Source: Monodelphis domestica (Eukaryota). Taken from it: a stretch of 64,000 nucleotides of DNA. The notes beneath the pieces were generated by a model. That model searched no databases and had not been told where the DNA came from. It saw nothing but the letters and a program-made list of their open reading frames with translations. Below, piece after piece: positions 37,470 through 49,800 of the stretch; position 1 is the first letter of the stretch, and the number at the start of each line of letters is the position of its first letter. Location of the stretch: positions 173,162,324 through 173,226,323 of the forward strand of contig NC_077227.1 of NCBI RefSeq assembly GCF_027887165.1, in the 5' to 3' direction. A program made the translations under genes and the position numbers.

Positions 37470-38989
37470 TGAATTGTCTTTTAAAAACTGCTGATTAATT
37501 ATTCCATTTTATTAAAAACAATGAGTAATTTTCCTTGATTGTTTGTAAGCTCAAAACTTCTCACAGGGTAATGAGAAAATTAAGCCACCTGTGATGAAAT
37601 AATTTATTTTGTATTCTGTCTGTAATCACAATACAAAAATATAAGAATGTTAATCAAGTGATTTGTTAAAAGTTAATGTATCACTTTTCCAATTATCTCT
37701 CTTTGAACATGTGTGTTAAGTAATGCAATCTGCATGCCAAGAAAATGGGTATAAAAATAAAAATCAAGCCTGGGAATGACGGAGCAGCTGTCAGATGCAA
37801 AGCAGTTCCATGGCCATAATGATTAAGCTCTCTTCTGTTTGTTATTTATTTGGACAGATCATTCGCCACCTTTCAGGAACCCTGAAGTCATAAGTGAGGC
37901 TGGACTCTGATTGCAGCACCAAGGATTCCCACCTGCACCTCAGACAACAGGAAAGCTCTAAGAGTTCTAAAGTGGAAACTTTATATTGGCCTTGAGGAGA
38001 TTTATTTTTAATATATATTGAATTATTTCTATATTTGTGTTTAGAATTAGAAGTTCAAATCAGTCCTTCAGTCTTAGTACTCAATTCCTTTATGAAACTC
38101 TCCCCCAAAGAATTACTCCCATCATAGAACAGATAGGAAATCGAGATGATGGGAGAAATATGAGATTTGCCTTACTCAGTAAACAAAACCAACTTAAGCT
38201 AGATGTAACCACATGAGGCCAAATGAGTCCTTCGTCTCTTACTGGAAATCACTACAGGGTCAGTTATGAATGGGTAGAACTGGACTTCTGGATAGCTGTG
38301 GAGCAGGAGACTTGCATATCACTAACCTGCCATCAACAGGGGAAGGGGAACAGGTGAGAATTTTGATGGATCAACTCCTCACTGGCAAGATTCTCTGAGG
38401 AAAAGACAGGAACCAGGCAAATCAAACCACTACCACTACCTCAATTTCTACCTCCCCTCAAAGCTCAATGAAGATAACCCCTAACCTAAACTCAAGCTCC
38501 TTGAGAATAGCTACTCCCCACCCAGAGCATTGCCTTATTTCCAGCGTCAGCCATCACTGGAAAAAGTAATTGTTATTAAAAAGGCTCCTCTTTCTCACAA
38601 CTCCTACCAACACTAACGGCTGACCAATTCCCAAGGACAAGCAGATAAGTCTATGACCCCTACTAAAATCAACACACACTACACCATGGTCTTGTTTCTA
38701 GTCTAGCCCCTATGGCCATTTTCCTGGGGAACAGCCCTATGGAGATGTTTTTACAGTTACTACAGCTTGGTCTTGGCACCCACAGGTACTGAAAACTTCA
38801 AGAAGAAAGTTCTTACCTCGAAAGCCCTTGGAATGATAAAAGAACTAAACATCAGAAATAGACATGATTTTATCAGTGGAAATGACATTAAAGAAAATGC
38901 ATTATCATTTGCTTTGTTGTGGTATTTTAAGGATTATGGGATCTTTCTATTTGACTTGCAGCTGAAACCTCCTAAATGTTTGATCTCCC

Positions 38990-39110
38990 CCATCAGAATG
39001 TGAGCTCCTCAAGAGCAGGGACTGTCCTGCTTTTCTGTTTATAACCCCAGCACCTAGTACAATGCTTTACACATAATAAATGCTTAGTAAAATGCTTCTT
39101 CATTCATTCA
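38990..39110 (+). mobile_element. 3' portion of a MIR-like SINE.
   Basis: atgtgagctcctcaagagcagggactgtcctgcttttctgtttataaccccagcacctagtacaatgctttacacataataaatgcttagtaaaatg. Confidence 0.6.
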
Positions 39111-39670
39111 TATTCAAACAAATGTTAGGTCCCACCTTGTCTTCTAGGTGCTGTTGAATTAATCTTATATCCAGGCAGATGATGTATAGGATCTGGCAAT
39201 GCAGACCAGGCAAGCTGGAAGCAGGAAGGGTGATGATATTTCCATGGAAGAGAGCCTGGGCATCAAGAATGATCTTCAGTGCTGCCTGGACCTGGGCAGA
39301 AGTCTCCCAGACCCCATTCCTATTGTGGGGCTTCAGAAACCAAGGTAAAACCACCACATCTGTCTGTGAACAAACAAGAAGCCCAAGAAGACAGAACAAA
39401 AATGAAGATGAACATCCTCTTAAAAAAAAAAAAACAAATGTTTCAATCAGGTAAAAGAATTCAAAGATATTTCCCTCAGCCTTAAAATTGCCAGAGCCCT
39501 CTATTCCTCCTTCCCTTGGCCCAAATAGGGATCCCCAGATCCCTTATGTGCTGAAAAATCCCCATGGAAATAAAGTCCAAAGTATTCCTAGATCACCAGT
39601 TCCAAGTATCAATCCTCACTGTCTAGATGGTCTTTCTTTTGTCCATCTTATTTTATTTTGTTCTACTTTT

Positions 39671-40006
39671 TTTTTTAAACCCTTACCTTCACTCTTGTAG
39701 TCAATATTGCGTATTGACTCCAAGGCAGAAGAGTGGTAAGGGCTAGGCAATGAGGATCAAGTGACTTGCCCAGGGTCACACAGCTAGGAAGTGGCTGAGG
39801 CCAGATTTGAACCTAGGACCTCTCATCTCTAGGCCTGGTTTCCAATCCACTGAGCTACCCAGCTGCCCCCTGAAAGGGCTAGGCAATGGGGATTAAGTGA
39901 CTTGCCCAGGGTCACCCAGCTAGGAAGTGTCAGAGTCCAGATTTGAACCTAGGACCTACCATCTCTAGGCCTGGTTCTCAATACACTGAGCCACCCAGCT
40001 GCCCCC
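39671..40006 (-). mobile_element. Tandem SINE dimer: one full copy plus one 5'-truncated copy, inside a single target-site duplication.
   Basis: The sequence ...ctgagctacccagctgccccc (39851-39871) is followed directly by ctgaaagggctaggcaatgggga..., a second copy. One target-site duplication, tgttctactttt, flanks the pair at 39659-39670 and 40007-40018. Confidence 0.85.
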
Positions 40007-40233
40007 TGTTCTACTTTTAAAGGAGATAGAAAATACATTGTTACATCTTCTGAATCCCTTAGACTAGTTAAGATCTGTTATTGCTCTCCTTTAGTTTTCT
40101 CTTTATTCGCAGTTCTTTGAGCTTTCCCTAGATCCCCACTGCCCAATTGATGATTCCTAATGATCACTCATAGATTCTCTCCAATTTGGACTACTGATCT
40201 AAGGGGAATGAGACTCAGTAAGTGATCACTTAC

Positions 40234-41292
40234 CTTCTGGTCAATGAGGCTTCCAACTACCACCTTCGTTTTTACAGCTTCCCAAGAGCTCAAGACATAG
40301 GGAAGGAGGACGTGGTGATCCTTTCCTCGGGGCCACCACCTGCAGCATTCTGCCTCACACTCAGCTACAAAGTCATTGTCATTTGCTGCAATTGTCAGGT
40401 TCCTCAGGCTGCTGCCTGGAGGCTGCTTGCTCTTAAATGCCTTGACTCCCAGAGTGATTCCCTTCGCTAGAGCTGCCAGGTCTGAGGGGTGGATCACCAC
40501 TGAAGCACTTTTCTCCTGGGATGCTGCTTGCAGTGCCAGAGTAACAGCATTGGCTATCAGCTCTTGGCTTTCAGCCTTAGAAGCCTGCCTCTTCCGTGAG
40601 CTGTGCCCAGACCAGGAAGATAAGAGTGTCACTTGTAGGAGTACTTGGGGAATACCTCGTTCATTCACTATATGCTGTCTCAGCACCCTTACCTTGGGGG
40701 CTGTTATGCCCATGCTGTGTCTATCCATTGGACTACTGCTAAGGCTTATGGTAACAGAGGCTCGAAAAGTGCAAGCTTCTCCTTTCCAGAGAAAGAGACT
40801 AAGGTCATCTCCTAGCTGGAAGAAACCACTCATCCTTCTACGCTCCTGAATCAGGCCAGGCCATAGGTTCATCCTCACAGTGGAATTGAGAAAGATCATC
40901 AGTTTACTGATGGCAGTCTTGGCCTCAGAGGCCACTTTCTGAGGACCAAAGAAGGAAATGATTGCAGAGTTCTCGATTAGTTGCCAGCCAACTTGCACCT
41001 TCCAGAGAGACAAATCCAGTGTTTCCTGTAGGACCATCCATAAGCAGAACTCCTCAGGGGTCACATAGAGCGTTTCATTTGTCCTGGGGTATCTCTGAAG
41101 GTGATCCTGTATCAACCAGATTTTATTGTCCCCAGAGGGGCCTTTTGGTTGTCTCCCCGAGATTCTCAGGAAAGGATCAGAAGGTTTGGCTCTGTCCCAG
41201 CTGAACCTGGGATCCCAAAGATCTTTATCATTTGAGACTTTTTTATAGCAGGCTTTTGGATGAGGTCCATTGCAGGTCAGAGACCCAGACAT
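40234..41292 (-). CDS. First coding exon (353 codons from the ATG) of an unidentified protein. It may be a lineage-specific 5' exon of the PARP14-like gene or a separate neighbouring gene.
   Basis: An ATG at 41292 is preceded by an acceptor-like T-rich tract, attttgatatag|AAG. The open frame is 1059 nt and ends at a consensus donor, CAGAAG|GTAAGT (40228-40236). GC content is higher than the flanks. I cannot assign a domain. Confidence 0.45.
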
Positions 41293-42235
41293 AGTTGATC
41301 GACCTTTTTACTTCTATATCAAAATTCAAAAGCCACCTGCCAGATTCCCCTACTTTTCTGGAAAAGGGTTAAAAAAGGATGTCATGTAAGAAAAATAATC
41401 ACAGCCTGGTATTGATAATAGTTAAGTATGATTAGCGACTTCTCTATGTACTCACCCCTGTGGGAGATGATACTCAGGAGAATTTACCAACTTGCATTCT
41501 GAAGGGAGTAGGGCTGGGCCAGGATAAAAATTTGATTTCTGTCTTTCTTTGCTTCTCTTTTTCATCCTATGTGTCTCTGTTCCCTATTAGTCAAGGTTAT
41601 GGGAGTGGAACTGGAGGAATAAAAGGAAAGAAAGACCACTTAAAGGAAGAGCTCCAGAAGTAGAGCTGTGTGAATGGAGCAAAATTATTTAAAACCCAAT
41701 GGCATAAGAAACAAACTAGGATGCAATTAAAATTAGGAGTGCTATCAGAGGATTTTCAAACCTATGTAGGAATATCAGGATTGTACCTTTGTATATATTC
41801 CTAAAACTAAATTGAGGCTATATTTTTCAGCTGTTTGTTCACTGTAATGCCCCTACTTATACTCTAGTTCTATCCTTCCTTCCCTTCCTCCCATTTACTT
41901 CCTTCTTATGTCAGGGTTGAAGGCATTTTTCCTACAGTAATTTTTTACTATAGCTCACTTGCAATCGTTATTCCATTTATGACCTATAAATATCATGATA
42001 TAATATTCTTTTAATTTTTCACTTTCAGTTTCAAATTCTCTCCATCCCTCCAACCTCTCTCCCATCTAATGAGAAAGCAAGAAATATGAAACCATTATAC
42101 ATATGAAGTCATGTAAAATATATTTCCATACTAGTCATGTTGTGAAAAAAAAAGCAAGAAAAATAAAGTGAAAAAAATATGCTCCAATCCACACTTAAGA
42201 GTCCATCAGTTCTCCCTGGAGGTAGATAGCATTTT

Positions 42236-42421
42236 TTTAAAACCTTAACCTTCCATCTTAGAATCAATACTGTGTATTGGTTCTAAGGCAGAAAAGTGGT
42301 AAGGGCTAGGCAATGGGGTGACTTTCCCAGAGTCACACAGCTAGGAAGAGTCTGAAGCCAGATTTGAACCTAGGACCTCTAGGCCTGGCTCTCAATCTAC
42401 TGAGCCACCCAGTTGCCCCTA
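42236..42421 (-). mobile_element. Marsupial tRNA-derived SINE with a target-site duplication.
   Basis: Target-site duplication gtagata(g/a)catttt at 42221-42235 and 42422-42436. Confidence 0.85.
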
Positions 42422-42429
42422 GTAGATAA

Positions 42430-44440
42430 CATTTTTAATAATGAGTCCCCTGAAACTGTTGTGGATCAGTTGTATTGATCAGGGTAGCCAAGTCTTTCAC
42501 AGCTAATTATCCTTATGATATTACTGTTACTGTAGACAATGATCTCCTAGTTCTGTTCACCTCACTTTGCATCAGCTCATATGTCTCCCCAGTCTTTTCT
42601 GAAATCATCCATTATTTCTTATAGTACATTTGTATTCCATCACAATTATACCACAACTTGATTAGCCATTCCCCAATTAATGAGCATCTCTCAGTTTCCA
42701 CTTCTTTGCCACCACAAAAAGAACCACTATAAACATTTTTGTACATATTGGGGCCTTTTGCTTTTGCTTTGATCTCTTTAGGATACAGTTCTGGTAGTGG
42801 AATGGCTGGGTCTGAGTATGTACGGTTTTATGGCCACTAGACCTAGTTCCAAATTATTCTCTTGAATGGTTGGGGAGCCAGCTAAACAAACAGTGAATGG
42901 GTTCAGATCCCATAATGAAGTAGAGATACCTGGAATGTCAATCACTAAAACTATTAGCCTGGCAAGGAAGTTACAGGAAAGGAGGCAGCTGGGCAATTCA
43001 GTCAGCAGGATGGTGGGGTACACACAAACACACACTAGTGATCAAGGAGCGAGGAAGTAGGTGGTGGTACTTAGAGGGGGGAAAGAGTTACACTCACTCT
43101 CACCTTGTTGCAAGAAGCCTTCTCTCATTACTATCAGCAATGAGCCATCTTCAGATGAAGAGCACCCGTGCTATTAGAGCATGGGCATTTTATTCTCTCA
43201 TAGTTTATCAGGAGAGGAGCAGTCCCAGAGCTCCCACCAGTGGGTTTCCAAAATGATTCCTGATAGCAGGATGTTTAAATGATGCTGGTGTTCCCACCAG
43301 TGGGCCCCTTTCAACAGGGAGAAGGGTCCAAACTGTTAGCACTGAGCTTGCTGCCCAATCAAATCAGTTTACAACTCTACTAATAGTGCATTAGTGTCCC
43401 TGTTTCTCCACATCCCCTCCAATATTTATCATTTTTCTTTTCTGTCATGTTAACCAGTCTGAGAGGTATGAGGTAGAACCTGAGTTGTTTTAAACTACAT
43501 TTCCCTAATTATTAGTGGTATCGAGCATTTTTCTTCTGAAAAAAGCTTTTCATATATGAAACCTGTTCATAATTTTTGACTATTTATTGAGGAATCGCTC
43601 TTTTTATAACTTTGGTTTGGTTTCTTACATAGTTGAGAAATGAAATCTTTGTTAGAGAAACTTCTATAAATATTTTCCCTCCAGTTTCTTGCCTTCCTTC
43701 TAATTTTGGTTATATTGGTTTTGTTTGTGCAAAACCTTTTTGATTTATTTCACTTCTCAGGATCCTCTCAATCTCTTATTTGGGTCATGAACTTTCTTCT
43801 CTCATCCATTGATCTGACAGGTAATTTTTTCCATGTCTTCCTAATTTTCTTATATCATCCTTCATGTCTAAATCATGCATGCATCTTGAGTTTATCTTAG
43901 TGTCATGAAGTACTGTAATACGCCTAGTTTCTGTCAGACTCTTTCCAGTTTTCCCAAATCATTCTATCAAATAATGAAATGATTTTTCAAATAATTCTTG
44001 CCCTAATACCTTGGTTTTTGGGTTTATCAAGCACTAAATTACAGTGGTCATTTATTTTGATATATTATATATCTAATCTGTTACACTGATCTATCACTCT
44101 ATTTGTTTTGATGCTTACCATTTGCTAGTATAATTTGAAATTTTGTAGTACTAGGCCATGTTCCTTCACATTTTTTCTTTGATTCCCTTAATATTCTTGA
44201 CTTTTCATCCCTCTAATAAATTTTATTATTTTTTCTAGTTTTACAAAGTAATTTTTGGTCATATGGGATGACATTTAATAAGTAAATTAATTTATGTAAG
44301 ATTCTGATTTTTATTACATTTGTTCAGCCTGCCCATCAGCAATTACTATTTCTCCATTTGTTTAAATTTGTCTTTATTTGTGTGAAAAGTGTTTTGTAAT
44401 AATTATTAATATTGTAGCAAGTCGATACACAAAGCAAATG
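42430..44440 (-). mobile_element. Old L1 3' fragment in reverse orientation.
   Basis: Reverse-complement similarity to the L1 ORF2 C-terminus and 3' region. Compare 42600-42900 and 43400-44300 with the minus-strand L1 at 47300-48300. Confidence 0.6.
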
Positions 44441-45544
44441 TATAGTACAAATATTTTGTATCACAGACACTTGGACTCCTGGCTATTCTCCAAAGTCAAT
44501 ATATTATCTACTGACTTGATATTAGCATGAATTATATCCCATGCTGTGAATGTATTTCTCAATTCTATCCTCAACTTCATTATCTTCCTTCGAAGCTCAC
44601 TTCAGATACTATCTCCTCAGTTATGCTTTCCACCATTCCCCCTCACACAGTTAATACTCCTTCCTTAATCAAACACTTTGTATTTATCTGTGATAGTATA
44701 GGTATGTGTGCACATTCATATATACATATATGCACACATGTGTGCCTAAACACATATAACATAAGTGTGTGTACACATACTTGGGCACATATATACACAG
44801 ATAGAGAGCTATACACATATGAATATATATCCCCAAGCAGAATATTGGTGCTTGAGGAACAAAATTCTTTTTTATCTTGGTACAGTGCCTTACATGAGGG
44901 AGGCACTTAAGCAGCTGTTGAATTAAATCAAGTATGGAAGACCCAGCCACCCAGAGGAAGTCATTTCTATAAACATCCAGTCACATAATCTTACTATTCT
45001 TTAAGTGGCTCTGAGGTTTTGAGCTCACTGGGAGGAATTTATTAAGCCGTAAACAGAGTTAAAACCAAACCAAACAAACAAACAAAAAAAACCCAAGTCT
45101 GCCACACATGTGACACTTTTATTTTAAACAATTTTTAACATTAAAAAAAAAAAAACATCCCACACTCACCTACCGAAGTGATACTGGCTCCATCATTCCT
45201 TTTTACCAAAAATCACTTTTTCCCAGCATAGATATCCCTGTGACTCTCCTCTGACCATCCAGTATATTCTGCCAAATGACTCTCTTCTTTTTATATAGGA
45301 TCGTTCCCACAATCAGCAATCAAAACGTCAAGCTCTCCAAAGACAATTATATTTCAGTTTCATTTCCTTGAAAATTTACCCAATCCCTTTACTCCAGAAG
45401 GTGGTGTTTAAAATGTATATGGGGTGTGGGGGTGAGGGGAGAGATTGACAAAGAGAGATATATATACGAGTTTATCAAACCTCAACACTTTCAGGATGAG
45501 CATATGAATAAAGATAGGTGAGGAGAAAATGGAGAAAATTTGAA

Positions 45545-45650
45545 GACTTTAAAGCTAGAATTGAACCCCACCCCCTCCGTCCCTCCGCCCCTCGCCCCTC
45601 TCAGTTTCCATTTCTGCAGCGATTTAAGTGCTCAAAACTGAAACTGAATT
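45545..45650 (-). promoter_or_regulatory. Interferon-responsive promoter-like module: two ISREs, a GC-box cluster and a TATA-like box, ordered for minus-strand transcription.
   Basis: AGTTTCCATTTC at 45603-45614 is an ISRE in reverse orientation. AAAACTGAAACTGAA at 45634-45648 carries GAAA half-sites at 6 bp spacing. The GC-rich block ccccaccccctccgtccctccgcccctcgcccctc spans 45567-45600. TTTAAAG lies at 45548-45554. A strong donor, cttcg|GTAGGTGAGT, sits about 350 nt downstream on the minus strand (45164-45174). Confidence 0.4.
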
Positions 45651-46832
45651 ATTTCCCACCCCTTTCCTCCCCTACAGCTCAGTAAGCAACAATCCAGCAG
45701 CAGCTGTTTCATCCATAAAGCAAGGGAAGATCTAGAGGAAACCGACCAAGTAATGAAAAAGATAGAACCTCCAGAGAAAAGATTAAAGGACTCTGAGGGC
45801 TTATTCAATCTGCAAAAGAGGAAAAAAGTAAGGGAAAACTGAATAACTACCTTCCAAACATTAATAGGTTCTACTACAGAAGATAGTAATCAGCGGTTGT
45901 CTTTTCACCCTCCGCCAAATGAGACTATGGATTGCAAGACAGCTAGAATGAAGTTCAGGTGACAGATTTATCCGGCAATCTTCCCTCCTCCACACCACCC
46001 CCAACCCGGAAGTGTCCTCCAGAGCACCAAGAAGGCACTACTGGTATAGTGGAAAGAGTACAGGCTCTGGAGGCAGGAGACTTCGGGTCAAATCTTACCT
46101 TTGTTAATTAATTACATTATCTGTGTGAACTTGGACAAATGACTTAATCTATTGGTGCCTCAAGTTTTTGTTTTTTTTTTAATCTGTTCAAAGAGGGTGT
46201 TAGCTTAGTTTCTCTCAGAACCCTTCCTGATCTAAATCTCCGATTCCTATGCACAGATCAGTCAGTGCATTTAAGCATTTGCTATGTGCCAAGCACTGTG
46301 CTAAGTGCTGACTTACAAAAAAGGCAAAAGGCAATCCCTGCTCTCAGAAAGCTTACAGTCTCCTGGAAAAATAATATGCAAACAACTATATCTAAATGAA
46401 CTATAAAAGGGATAGATTGGAAATAATCAAGAGAGGGAAGGCCTGGTCTTCTGTAAAAGAAAAGAGTTTAACTAGGTCTTTTAAAAAAGCCAAGGAAGCC
46501 AATGAGGAAGGTGAGCATTCCAGCTGAAAAATGGGGCTAATAGAACCTCCCTCTCAGTTGTAGGATGGATAAAATATTTGTAAAGCACTATATAAATGTT
46601 AGCTATTATTCTCCTCCCTGTTAAATCATTCTACATTTATTTAGATTATCATGCATCTCCTGCCCTCTAAGAATAGGTGTTTCTCAAGGCTCTAATGCTG
46701 AACCCTTTTTTCCTCTGTAAGCTTTCCTTTGGTGATCTCATCTGTCTCCTTGGTTCATTTGTCATTTTTATACAAGTAAAAAGCTGAGGCATGATCACAT
46801 CATAGAGGCTACAAGTGAGTACAATTCATTTT

Positions 46833-49800
46833 TTTTTAATTTTATATTTTATTTGATCATTTCCAAGCATTATTCATTAAAGAAAAAGATCATTTTCTTT
46901 TCCTCCCCCCCCACCCCCCATAGCCAACGCGTGATTCCACTGGGTATCACATGTGTTCTTGATTCGAACCCATTGCCATGTTGTTAATATTTGCATTAGA
47001 TTGTTCGTTTAGAGTCTTTCCTCTGTCATGTCCCCTCAACAGCTGTAGTCAGGCAGTTGCTTTTCCTCGGTGTTTCTAACCCCACAGTTTATCCTCTGCT
47101 TATGAATAGTGTTTTTTCTCCTAGATCCCTGCAAATTGTTCAGGGACATTACACCGCCACTAATGGAGAAGTCCATTACGTTCGATTATACCACAGTGTA
47201 TTAGTCTCTGTGTACAATGTTCTGGTTCTGCTCCTCTCGCTCTGCATCACTTCCTGTAGGTCGTTCCAGTCTCCATGGAATTCCTCCACTTTATTATTCC
47301 TTTTAGCACAATAGTATTCCATCACCAACATATACCACAATTTGTTCAGCCATTCCCCAATTGATGGGCATCCCCTCGTTTTCCAATTTTTGGCCACCAC
47401 AAAGAGTGAGGCTATGAATATTCTTGTACAAGAATTTTTCTCCATTATCTCTTTGGGGTACAGACCCAGCAACGCTATGGCTGGATCAAAGGGTAGACAT
47501 TCTTTTGTTGCCCTTTGGGCATAGTTCCAAATTGCCCTCCAGAATGGTTGGATCAGTTCACAACTCCACCAGCAATGAATTAATGTCCCTACTTTGCCAC
47601 ATCCCCTCCAGCATTCTTTATTTTCCTTAGTTGTCATGTTAGCCAATCTGCTAGGTGTGAGGTGATACCTCAGAGTTGTTTTGATTTGCATCTGTCTGAT
47701 TATAAGAGATTTAGAACATTTCTTCATGTGCTTATTAATAGTTTTGATTTCTTTATCTGAGAACTGCCTATCCATGTCCCTTGCCCATTTATCAATTGGA
47801 GAATGGCTTGATTTTTTTGTACAATTGATTTAGCTCTTTATAAATTTGAGTAATTAAACCTTTGTGGGAGGTTTCTATGAAGATTTTTTTCCCAATTTGT
47901 TGTTTCCCTTCTGATTTTAGTTACATTGGTTTTGTTTGTAGAAAAGCTTTTTAATTTGATGTAGTCAAAGTTATTTATTTTACATTTTGTGATTCTTTCT
48001 ATGTCTTGCTTGGTTTTAAAGTCTTTCCCTTCCCAAAGGTCTGACATATATACTATTCTGTGTTTACCCAATTTACTTATGGTTTCCTTCTTTATGTTTA
48101 AGTCATTCACTCATTTTGAATTTATCTTGGTGTAGGGTGTGAGGTGTTGATCTATTCCTAATCTCTCCCACACTGTCTTCCAATTTTCCCAACAGTTTTT
48201 ATCGAATAGTGGATTTTTGTCCCAAAAGCTGGGATCTTTGGGTTTATCGTATACTGTCTTGCTGAGGTCGCTTGCCCCCAGTCTATTCCACTGATCCTCC
48301 TTTCTGTCTCTTAGCCAGTACCAAATTGTTTTGATGACTGCTGCTTTGTAATATAGTTTGAGATCTGGGACTGCAAGGCCCCCATCATTTGTGGTTTTTT
48401 TTTCATTATTTCCTTGGATATCCTTGATCCTTTGTTATTCCAAATGAGTTTTGTTATGGTTTTTTCTAAATCAGTAAAGAAATTTTGGGGGAGTTCCATG
48501 GGTATGGCACTAAATAGATAAATAAGTTTGGGTAGGATGGTCATTTTTATTATATTGGCTCGTCCTATCCATGAGCAGTTAATGTTTTTCCAATTGCTCA
48601 AGTCTAGTTTTAGTTCTGTGGAGAGTGTTTTGTAGTTGTGTTCATATAGTTCCTGTGTTTGTCTCGGGAGATAGATTCCTAGGTATTTTATTTTGTCTAA
48701 GGTGATTTTGAATGGGATTTCTCTTTCTAGTTTTTGCTGCTGAGCTGTGTTGGAGATATATAGAAAAGCTGATGACTTATATGGGTTTATTTTGTATCCT
48801 GCAACTTTGCTAAAGTTGTTGGTTATTTCAATTGGCTTTTTGGTTGAATCTCTACGATTCTTTAAGTAGACCATCATGTCATCTGCAAAGAGTTATAACT
48901 TGGTCTCCTCCTTGCCTATTTTGATGCCTTCAATTTCTTTTTCTTCTCTAATTGCTACTGCTAGTGTTTCTAGTACAATGTCAAATAGTAGAGGTGATAA
49001 TGGGCATCCTTGTTTCACTCCTGATCTTATTGGGAATGCATCTAGTTTATCCCCATTGCAAATGATATTAGCTGATGGTTTTAGATATATACTGTTTATT
49101 ATTTTTAGGAACAACCCTTCTATTACTATGCTTTCTAGTGTTTTTAATAGGAATAGGTGTTGTATTTTATCAAAGGCTTTTTCTGCATCTATTGAGACAA
49201 TCATGTGGTTCTTGTTGGTTTGCTTATTGATGTGGTCAATTATGTGGACGGTTTTCCTAATATTGAACCAGCCCTGCATACCTGGTATAAATCCTACTTG
49301 GTCATGGTGGATGACCCTTCTGATCACTTGCTGGAGTCTTTTTGCTAGTATCCTATTTAAGATTTTTGCATCTATATTCATTAGGGAGATTGGTCTATAG
49401 TTTTCGTTCTCTGTTTTTGACCTGCCTGGTTTTGGAATCAGTACCATGTTTGTGTTGTAAAAGGAGTTTGGTAGAACTCCCTCTTTGCTTATTATGTCAA
49501 ATAGTTTGTATAGTATTGGGATTAACTGTTCTCTGAATGTTTGATAGAATTCACTGGTGAATCCATCAGGCCCTGGGGATTTTTTCTTAGGAAGTTCTTT
49601 GATGGCTTGTTGGATTTCATTTTCTGATATGGGATTATTTAAGAATTCTATTTCTTCTTCTGTTAGTCTAGGCAGTTTGTATTTTTGTATATATTCATCC
49701 ATATCACCTAAATTGGTGTATTTATTGCCATATAATTGGGCAAAGTAATTTTTAATGATTGCCTTAAATTCCTCTTCATCAGAGGTGATGTCCCCCTTTT

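Noticed and set aside
38767-39003. 78-aa plus-strand ORF.
   Set aside because: It runs into a MIR-like SINE tail and has no splice or coding signature.
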